In this document: one piece after another, positions 57,443-64,000 of the stretch
How positions within the stretch are numbered: the first letter of the stretch is position 1
Layout: each line of letters begins with the position of its first letter
Source of the DNA: Paludibacter sp.
GTDB taxonomy: Bacteria; Bacteroidota; Bacteroidia; Bacteroidales; Paludibacteraceae
Assembly: GCA_028690665.1 (NCBI GenBank)
Contig: JAQVAV010000008.1
Location: forward strand, 113,273-177,272
Direction of reading: 5' to 3'
DNA length: 64,000 nucleotides
Notes under the pieces: model-generated
Database searches by the model: none
Seen by the model: only the letters and a program-made list of their open reading frames with translations
Told to the model about the DNA's origin: nothing
Position numbers and translations under genes: made by a program

Positions 57443-58735
57443 TTATTCTGCAATCAAAAGGAAATAGTTCTTTTTTCCTCTTTGAGCAAGCAAGTACTTA
57501 CCATCCAATAGGTTTTCTGCAGTAATCAGCTGATCCTGATTTTCGAGTTTTTCTTTATTCAAACTAACTCCTCCGGACTGAACCATTTTACGCATCTCCC
57601 CCTTCGATGGAAAAACAGACGCATGATCGGTTAACAACTCAATAGCTTTCACTCCATTAGCCACAGTCTCTTTTGAAATTTTAAACTGGGGAACTCCTTC
57701 GAAAACAGCCAACAAGGTTTCTTCATCCAATCTTTTCAGAGCTTCAGAAGTAGAATTTCCAAACAGGATATTTGACGCTTCAACAGCAGCATTATAATCA
57801 TCTTCAGAATGTACCATAACCGTAAGTTCCTGCGCAAGACGTTTCTGTAAAACGCGGGTATGCGGAGCCTGAGCATGTTCTGCCACCAGAGCTTCTATTT
57901 CTTCTTTTGTAAGAAAAGTAAATATTTTTAAATATTTCTCAGCATCGGCATCAGCCGTATTCAACCAAAACTGATAAAAAGCATAAGGTGTAGTCCGTTT
58001 CGGATCGAGCCATACATTACCGCTTTCGGTTTTTCCAAATTTTCCACCATCCGATTTTGTTACCAGCGGAATAGTCAAAGCAAAAGCTTCACCTCCGCTT
58101 TTCCGACGAATGAGTTCCGTACCTGTGGTAATATTTCCCCACTGGTCAGATCCTCCCATTTGCAATTTGCAGTCTTTATTTTCGTACAACCAGTAAAAAT
58201 CGTAACCCTGCACCAATTGATAAGTGAATTCGGTAAACGACATGCCGTCACGGGCTTCGCCATTCAGGCGTTTTTTGACCGAATCTTTGGCCATCATATA
58301 GTTAACAGTAATATGTTTCCCTATATCGCGAATAAACGAAAGGAATGTTTGTTCCTTCATCCAGTCATAATTGTTCACCATTTCGGCCTGATTAACCGAT
58401 TCTGTTTCAAAATCGATAAACTTTGAAAGTTGCTTCTTTATACCAGCCAGATTTTTCTGCAAAGTTTCTTCATTCAGCAAATTACGCTCTAGTGATTTCC
58501 CCGACGGGTCGCCGATCATACCCGTTGCACCACCAACTAATGCGATAGGTTTGTGCCCGGCCAACTGGAAACGTTTCAGCAATAAAATAGGAGCAAGACT
58601 TCCGATATGTAACGAATCTGCAGTAGGATCGAAACCGATATAGGCCGATGTTACTTCTTTTTTCAGTTGTTCTTCTGTCCCAGGAGTCATGTCGTGCAGC
58701 AATCCACGCCATTTAAGCTCTTCAATAAAATCCAT
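57443..58735 (-). CDS. tyrS: Tyrosine--tRNA ligase
   Basis: The start is trimmed to [13 protein letters not shown], because the -7 box lies between the track ATG at 58795 and this ATG. It has HIGH-type (SLHIGSL) and KMSKS-type (KFGKT) motifs and a C-terminal S4-like domain. Confidence 0.95.
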   Translation of the reverse strand: MDFIEELKWRGLLHDMTPGTEEQLKKEVTSAYIGFDPTADSLHIGSLAPILLLKRFQLAGHKPIALVGGATGMIGDPSGKSLERNLLNEETLQKNLAGIKKQLSKFIDFETESVNQAEMVNNYDWMKEQTFLSFIRDIGKHITVNYMMAKDSVKKRLNGEARDGMSFTEFTYQLVQGYDFYWLYENKDCKLQMGGSDQWGNITTGTELIRRKSGGEAFALTIPLVTKSDGGKFGKTESGNVWLDPKRTTPYAFYQFWLNTADADAEKYLKIFTFLTKEEIEALVAEHAQAPHTRVLQKRLAQELTVMVHSEDDYNAAVEASNILFGNSTSEALKRLDEETLLAVFEGVPQFKISKETVANGVKAIELLTDHASVFPSKGEMRKMVQSGGVSLNKEKLENQDQLITAENLLDGKYLLAQRGKKNYFLLIAE

Positions 58736-58784
58736 TTCGTATATCTTGTATTTTAATTTATTAGCAATTTTTTGTTTCGGACTG

Positions 58785-58792
58785 CAAAGATA
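58785..58792 (-). promoter_or_regulatory. Candidate -7 box (TATCTTTG, minus strand) for tyrS
   Basis: Plus-strand CAAAGATA, 50 nt upstream of the ATG at 58735. Confidence 0.5.
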
Positions 58793-59021
58793 CAATAATT
58801 AAATATTTTTGCATAATGGCAGGAGCCAAATAAGGAAAGTAAGTTATGTATTTTGCCTCCGTATTTATTTAATTAGTTAAAGCATTAATTTATATACAGA
58901 TGAATATGTAAAAGTGTTTTTGTAAATTTGAAGCCTTGCAAGCAAAATTTTATAATATCCGGACAACGCTTGAGAGTTAAAATTATTTCGATTAAAATTT
59001 ACTAAAAGAATAAAATAATCA

Positions 59022-59675
59022 ATGAGTAATCAAAAATCTTATACCCGACGCGAAGAGAAAGCCAATTATCTGACCCATGCTTTTGGAGTAATAATGGTAA
59101 TTGCAGGTTCGGCGTTTTTATTACATAAAGCCATAATTGCCGAAAACGAAAGAGCCATTTGGGCATATTCCATATTCGGATTGGGTATGTTGGCATGTAT
59201 GTTATCGTCCACCCTTTATCATTATGTACAAGAACCCGGTTTGAAAGCAGTATTGCGGCATTTCGATCATGGCAATATCTATGTACTGATAGCAGCCAGT
59301 TATTCGCCTTTTACACTTATACTTCTGAAGGACAAAGGTTATTGGGGCTGGGGACTCTTTATATTAATATGGCTTATCGCCCTGACAGGCATAGCATTTA
59401 ATTTTGGCACACTTAAAGCGAACAATCATCTCAAAACAGCTTCGTATGTACTTATGGGTTTATGTGTATTTATAGCCGCAAAACCACTCATTAGTGCTGC
59501 CGTGGAACAGCATTGTGTCGATGCGCTGTACTGGCTGTTGGCCGGTGGCGTGTTCTACATAATCGGCTCATTTTTTTATGCCCTTGCCAAACATGAATTT
59601 GTACATGCCGTTTTCCATGTTTTTGTATTGTTCGGCTTGTTTTGCCATATTATTTCGGCTTATTTAGTTTTGTAA
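59022..59675 (+). CDS. Hemolysin III / PAQR family membrane protein
   Basis: 217 aa with 7 TM helices. Motifs are EEKANYLTHAFG, SSTLYH, DHGNIY, and HxxxH near the C-terminus (HAVFHVFV). Confidence 0.88.
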   Translation: MSNQKSYTRREEKANYLTHAFGVIMVIAGSAFLLHKAIIAENERAIWAYSIFGLGMLACMLSSTLYHYVQEPGLKAVLRHFDHGNIYVLIAASYSPFTLILLKDKGYWGWGLFILIWLIALTGIAFNFGTLKANNHLKTASYVLMGLCVFIAAKPLISAAVEQHCVDALYWLLAGGVFYIIGSFFYALAKHEFVHAVFHVFVLFGLFCHIISAYLVL

Positions 59676-59703
59676 AAATCAACACTTAATTTAAAAATAA
59701 ATT

Positions 59704-60360
59704 ATGCTCACCATTATCATCATAGCCATAACATCTATTGTTTCATATATGGCATTCAACAATCAAAGTCTTGTTGAAAAATACATTTTCTATCCGCCTG
59801 CAATCAAGGATAAACAGTGGTACCGATTCATCACTTACGGATTTTTACATGCCGATTTCGGACACCTCTTTTTCAATATGTTTGCCTTGTATCTTTTCGG
59901 GACGGAGATAGAAAAAGTTTTCAAGCAGATTTTTGGATATAGTCAGGGTTCGGGCTTGTATCTTTTACTTTATATTGCGGGACTTATTTTATCCATATTG
60001 CCCACTTATTTTAAAGAAAAAAACAATTTCATGTATCGCAGTCTCGGAGCTTCAGGCGCTGTTTCGTCGGTTGTATTTGCTTATATTCTTATCTATCCAA
60101 TGAATTTCATGGGAATTGTTTTTATTCCCGTTTTTCTGCCGGCTTTTATTTTCGGGATTATTTATGTTGTTATTTCCATTTATTTAGACAAAAATCAAAG
60201 CGGCAATATTAACCATTTAGCACACATAGCAGGCGGTGTATTTGGCATTGTGTTTATGGCTGTTATATTTAAAACTCTTGCCGGCATCAATATCTTTGCA
60301 TATTTCATTCAGAGCATTCAAATATCATCCATCCGTGATTTAATTCATTTCGGATATTAA
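59704..60360 (+). CDS. Rhomboid family intramembrane serine protease
   Basis: 218 aa. Motifs are FLHADFGHLFFNM, the catalytic GASGAVS, and the His region HIAGGVFG. Confidence 0.85.
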   Translation: MLTIIIIAITSIVSYMAFNNQSLVEKYIFYPPAIKDKQWYRFITYGFLHADFGHLFFNMFALYLFGTEIEKVFKQIFGYSQGSGLYLLLYIAGLILSILPTYFKEKNNFMYRSLGASGAVSSVVFAYILIYPMNFMGIVFIPVFLPAFIFGIIYVVISIYLDKNQSGNINHLAHIAGGVFGIVFMAVIFKTLAGINIFAYFIQSIQISSIRDLIHFGY

Positions 60361-60472
60361 TTATTAGGCTTATACCTGTCCTTATATTTCAAATCGTCAT
60401 AAACTGTTCATAAGAGATATTCAACTTTTTTACTAAAAAATATTATCTTCGCAAGAATCAAAAAACGGAATT

Positions 60473-61219
60473 ATGCATAAAAACATTTTATACTTTCTGC
60501 TCATAGTCTCCTTGCTGTCGACGGGCTGTAAATCAAAATCATGGGTTATCATATCGGCGACAGGCCAAGCTATTCCCATTGATCAATCAACCGATTCAAT
60601 AGCCGATACTGCCTACATGAATTATCTGAAACCCATAAAAAAAGAACTTGACCGCAAAATGAATGTTGTCATCGGCCATGCAGCCGAAACCATGAAAGGA
60701 CATGCTCCGGAAAGTTTATTGTCCAATTTCAGCGCGGATGTTTATCGTCAGGCGGCGACACAATATTTAGACAGTACCGTAGACATTGCCATTGTAAACT
60801 TGGGAGGATTGCGAACCACTGTTCCGGCAGGCGACATAACTATAGGTAAAATATTTGAACTCATGCCGTTCGAAAATGAGCTTGTAATTTTATGGTTAAA
60901 AGGAGACAAACTTTATGATTTAATGCAATTTTTTGCAAGTATCGGAGGCGAAGGCGAAACAGGAATCCGAATGACTATACGCGACAAAAAAGCCGTCGAC
61001 ATAACAATTAATGGAGAACCTTTAGATAAAAATAAAGTTTATACAATTGCAACCAACGATTATCTGGCAGGCGGAAATGATAAAATGGTTCAGTTAGCCA
61101 CGTATCAGAAAAGAGTCGACACCGGCATTAAAATCCGAGACATGCTGATTGACTATATCAAAAACGAAACTGCTAACGGCAGAGAAATCAATTCCGAACT
61201 CGACGGAAGAATTCAATAA
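60473..61219 (+). CDS. 5'-nucleotidase C-terminal (substrate-binding) domain lipoprotein
   Basis: 248 aa. It has a lipoprotein signal (LLSTGC) and the UshA C-domain pattern ESLLSNFSADV, NLGGLR, PFENELV and ATNDYLAGGNDK. Confidence 0.85.
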   Translation: MHKNILYFLLIVSLLSTGCKSKSWVIISATGQAIPIDQSTDSIADTAYMNYLKPIKKELDRKMNVVIGHAAETMKGHAPESLLSNFSADVYRQAATQYLDSTVDIAIVNLGGLRTTVPAGDITIGKIFELMPFENELVILWLKGDKLYDLMQFFASIGGEGETGIRMTIRDKKAVDITINGEPLDKNKVYTIATNDYLAGGNDKMVQLATYQKRVDTGIKIRDMLIDYIKNETANGREINSELDGRIQ

Positions 61220-61256
61220 TTGACCACTTATTCATGAACTACTTACCATTATAGAT

Positions 61257-62108
61257 ATGAACAAGCTAAAATATACTCTCATCCTCGTCATTTTTGTTTC
61301 TGCTTCGGCATTTGCATTTGCAGGGCAAAAAATAAAATTAGTCATTCTTCATACCAACGATACACACAGTCAGGTAGAGCCGAAAGAAAAATCGAATCTG
61401 AAAACTTCCGACATGGGTGGTTATGCCCGTCGCATGGGAGTTATCAACAAAATCCGTAGCGAAGAGCAAAACGTCTTGCTTTTCGACTCAGGTGATTTTT
61501 GCCAGGGAACTCCTTACTTCAATTTTTTCAACGGCAGAGTTGAAATTGATGCCATGAACCGCATGCAATATGATGCAGGAACAATCGGAAACCATGAATT
61601 TGACAATGGAATGGATACGCTGGCTGTTATTTTAAGTAACGCTAAATTTCCGATAATCAGTTCGAATTACGATCTATCGAAAACACCTTTGGCATCCTAT
61701 ATCGAACCGTATAAAATCATTAAAAAAGCCGGTCTTCGCATCGGAGTTATGGCTTTGGATGTCAACCCCGAAAGTTTGATCTTTCAAAAAAACTATGCCG
61801 GACTTATTTATAAAAATCCGGTGGAAAAAGCCCGCCAAATGTCAGAATATCTTAAACGCGGACAGAAATGCGACCTGATTATTTGCCTTTCGCATCTGGG
61901 TTCCGACTCAACTTCTACGACTGTCAACGATTTTGTAATCGCGCATAAAACCCGTTATATCAATGTAATTCTCGGAGGACACACTCACACAATGCTCGAA
62001 AACGTAAAAACCAACAATGCTGCCGGTCACAAAGTGATTATTGCACAAATGGGAAAAAGCGGACTTTATCTGGGACGAATAGATATTGAGATGGAAAAGA
62101 AAATGTAA
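61257..62108 (+). CDS. Metallophosphatase domain protein (5'-nucleotidase N-terminal catalytic domain)
   Basis: 283 aa. It has a signal peptide and the motifs ILHTNDTHS, DSGDFCQGT, GNHEFD and GGHTH. Confidence 0.85.
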   Translation: MNKLKYTLILVIFVSASAFAFAGQKIKLVILHTNDTHSQVEPKEKSNLKTSDMGGYARRMGVINKIRSEEQNVLLFDSGDFCQGTPYFNFFNGRVEIDAMNRMQYDAGTIGNHEFDNGMDTLAVILSNAKFPIISSNYDLSKTPLASYIEPYKIIKKAGLRIGVMALDVNPESLIFQKNYAGLIYKNPVEKARQMSEYLKRGQKCDLIICLSHLGSDSTSTTVNDFVIAHKTRYINVILGGHTHTMLENVKTNNAAGHKVIIAQMGKSGLYLGRIDIEMEKKM

Positions 62109-62210
62109 TAATTTAACAACCTATCATCTATATCGTCTATCTTCAGTCAGTCCATCAAACATCAATAGATATTACCTTTTTTTAAGCCACTCGTCGGTTT
62201 TTTTAATGGA

Positions 62211-62262
62211 TTTATCGATTTTCAATAATATTTATACTTTTATATTATCGAAAATCGATAAA
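62211..62262. repeat. 52-bp near-perfect AT-rich inverted repeat with ATCGAT cores
   Basis: TTTATCGATTTTC (62211-62223) pairs perfectly with GAAAATCGATAAA (62250-62262). After one mismatch, 7 further inner base pairs follow (ATAATAT/ATATTAT). The loop is 10 nt. Confidence 0.75.
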
Positions 62263-62268
62263 TATATA

Positions 62269-62276
62269 TATTTTTG
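62269..62276 (+). promoter_or_regulatory. Candidate -7 box TATTTTTG for the 62346 gene
   Basis: Matches TAnnTTTG, 70 nt upstream of the ATG at 62346 and 7 nt after the inverted repeat. Confidence 0.45.
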
Positions 62277-62345
62277 ACCTCTCAAAAATAACACTGAAGT
62301 TATTTTAAACACATTGGTCAACTATATAAATTAATATCTTCTCAG

Positions 62346-64000
62346 ATGAAAAAATGGTTTATGGTACTACTTATGATAGTACCGGTTTTTACGTCCGCAC
62401 AAAGCACAGGGGTTAAATTTATTGTAAAAGGACAAGTTATTGATTCGGTTTCCCAGGAAACAATTCCCTATGTTACATGTTCTATTGTTTCTGAAAAAAA
62501 TCCGGGACAAGTGATCTCCCGGTTTGCAGGAGACTTAAGCGGGAAGTTTTCCGGAGAACTTAAATCTCCCGGAAGCTATATTTTAGTAGCTTCATGTGTA
62601 GGACAAGCTCCGGCTAAACGTCATTTTACTTTAAGTGCAACGAATCATCAGATACAACTCGGGAAAATTCTCATGTCGCCGGATAAACAGAATCTGAAGC
62701 AATTGGATGTTGTGGCAAGCCGGCCTCTGATTAAGGCTGAAGCCGACAAAATTTCATACGATACGGAACAGGACCCGGAGGCTAAATCGTCGACCGTATT
62801 GGATATACTCCGAAAAGTGCCTATGGTTACCGTCGATGGGCAAGATAATATTCAATTGAAAGGTTCATCTAATTTCAAGTTTTTCTTAAATGGAAAACCG
62901 ACAAATATGTTTAACAACAATGCTGGACTCATCCTGAAAAGTATGCCAGCCAACATGGTAAAAAACATAGAAGTTATTACTCAACCGGGAGCTAAATATG
63001 ATGCCGAAGGCGTTGGTGGAATCATCAATATTGTTACTATCCAGCAATCAACCACGAGTGGATATTCGGCAACAATCAACACTCAGGGTTCATCACGCGG
63101 TTCATACGGTGCAGGGTTAAACCTTATGCTGCAAAGCGGAAAATTCAGTTTTTCAGGAAACTATCATTATAACTACAACCAACAATTTCCTATAACCACC
63201 ACGAGTGAAAGACATGCTTATTATTCCGGAGCCCAGTACCCATATTCCAGGCAGGTTGCAACTGTTGAAACTCCAACGCCCATGCAGTTTGGTAGTGCAG
63301 AATTAAGCTATGAACTTGACACGACAAATTTATTTACTTTGAATTTCAACCGTCAGTACGGTCGCCCTGAAAGTAGCACTAAAGCAACAACAGAAAATTA
63401 TGTTAACGACAATGCTACTGGAGATGAATTTTCCTTCTCGCAAATAAGTACGCAAAAACAAACATGGGGTTCGACAGATTTAGGACTTGACTACCAGCAT
63501 TCGTTCAAAAAGAAAGGAGAAAACCTCATTCTTTCATATAAATGGAGTAACACCCCCAACAGCAGTAATTATGACGCAACGAACACTATAGAATCGCATA
63601 CAGCACCACTTCAGTATGGTCTTGCACAGTGGAGTAGAAGTAATAACACGGCTTCCTCAAACGAACACACCTTCCAGGCCGATTATGCTAACCCTGTTGC
63701 GAAAGGGCAAACAATTGAGATGGGAACTAAATACATTATCCGGCTAAATAACAGCCAGACGGACGAATCATACGAGTATTTCGATTTTACCGGGACTTAT
63801 CCTTATGAACCTTATATACATGCCGATAGCTTGTCAAGTTTCGATAACAATCAGGATATTCTCGGAACTTACCTGAGCTATACGGGAAATTTCGGAAAAT
63901 GGAGTCTGAAAGGAGGATTGCGCTACGAATATACATGGTTGAATGCTGAGTTTGATAATTCGGACCAGAACTTTAGTACTGACTATGGAGCATTGGTTCC
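62346..64000 (+). CDS. Outer-membrane beta-barrel / TonB-dependent-receptor-like protein, 5' portion (runs off the window end)
   Basis: Hand translation gives MKKWFMVLLMIVPVFTSAQSTGVKFIVKGQVIDSVSQETIPYVTCSIV. This is a CarboxypepD_reg domain followed by a plug-like region (LDILRKVPMVTVDG..IQLKGS..KFFLNGKP..IEVITQPGAKYDAEGVGGIINIVT). A frame check near the end gives ..GKWSLKGGLRYEYTWLNAEF... It is absent from the track because no stop lies in the window. Confidence 0.8.
   Translation, partial: MKKWFMVLLMIVPVFTSAQSTGVKFIVKGQVIDSVSQETIPYVTCSIVSEKNPGQVISRFAGDLSGKFSGELKSPGSYILVASCVGQAPAKRHFTLSATNHQIQLGKILMSPDKQNLKQLDVVASRPLIKAEADKISYDTEQDPEAKSSTVLDILRKVPMVTVDGQDNIQLKGSSNFKFFLNGKPTNMFNNNAGLILKSMPANMVKNIEVITQPGAKYDAEGVGGIINIVTIQQSTTSGYSATINTQGSSRGSYGAGLNLMLQSGKFSFSGNYHYNYNQQFPITTTSERHAYYSGAQYPYSRQVATVETPTPMQFGSAELSYELDTTNLFTLNFNRQYGRPESSTKATTENYVNDNATGDEFSFSQISTQKQTWGSTDLGLDYQHSFKKKGENLILSYKWSNTPNSSNYDATNTIESHTAPLQYGLAQWSRSNNTASSNEHTFQADYANPVAKGQTIEMGTKYIIRLNNSQTDESYEYFDFTGTYPYEPYIHADSLSSFDNNQDILGTYLSYTGNFGKWSLKGGLRYEYTWLNAEFDNSDQNFSTDYGALV

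Noticed and set aside
57353-58800. Possible T-box leader for tyrS, and a shared 14-mer TGCAAAGATACAAT at 57383-57396 and 58783-58796 as a possible repeat element
   Set aside because: The tyrS leader is only about 45 nt from the -7 box to the ATG, which is too short for a T-box. T-boxes are also not expected in this phylum. The shared 14-mer is simply two good matches to the promoter consensus (ATTGTATCTTTGCA on the coding strand).
62086-62277. 63-aa plus-strand ORF across the 62211-62262 inverted repeat
   Set aside because: It overlaps the end of the metallophosphatase gene and reads straight through a palindrome and a promoter box, so it is very unlikely to be coding.
1-64000. Search for CRISPR arrays, tandem or interspersed repeats, integrases, transposases, phage or toxin-antitoxin/defence genes, rRNA
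   Set aside because: I recognised none. All ORFs over 100 aa not overlapped by a better gene are accounted for by housekeeping, envelope or transport functions. No direct-repeat/spacer periodicity was seen in any intergenic region, but this was visual inspection only, and a repeat-finder would be more definitive.

Overview
This is an AT-rich chromosomal core segment of a Bacteroidota genome, probably order Bacteroidales. The taxonomic call rests on gene content and on TAnnTTTG -7 promoter boxes at a consistent distance upstream of many genes. I support about 58 protein-coding genes, including two partial genes at the window edges and the 52-codon rpmH that the ORF track misses. There is one tRNA-Gln(UUG), several strand-specific intrinsic terminators and a set of promoter boxes. 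I found no rRNA, CRISPR array, integrase, transposase, phage gene or recognisable defence system. Content is mostly housekeeping: rdgB, pta and ackA, sufBCD, pckA, dut, parE, tadA, rpmH, rluD, ddl, polA, tyrS, a SurA/OstA envelope cluster, a GH2 glycosidase, a DPP4/POT peptide-uptake locus, and TonB-dependent receptors. Nothing here can honestly be called a clearly novel multi-gene system. The best lead is a radical SAM/SPASM enzyme packed into one operon with two paralogous mini-lipoproteins (1108-3053), an orphan protein-modification module. Secondary leads: (1) a gene split exactly at an A7 slippery tract (41470-42632); (2) a 44-codon Thr/Pro-rich mini-lipoprotein ORF with its own terminator in front of a TonB-receptor/DUF4249 pair; (3) a CoA-pyrophosphatase-type Nudix domain fused to an ArsN2-like acetyltransferase directly behind sufBCD; (4) a divergent 3-hydroxyacyl-CoA-dehydrogenase-like gene between pta and ackA; (5) palindromic candidate operators in front of sufB and of a terminal TonB-like gene. 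All functional calls come from reading motifs in the supplied translations. No database search was run.
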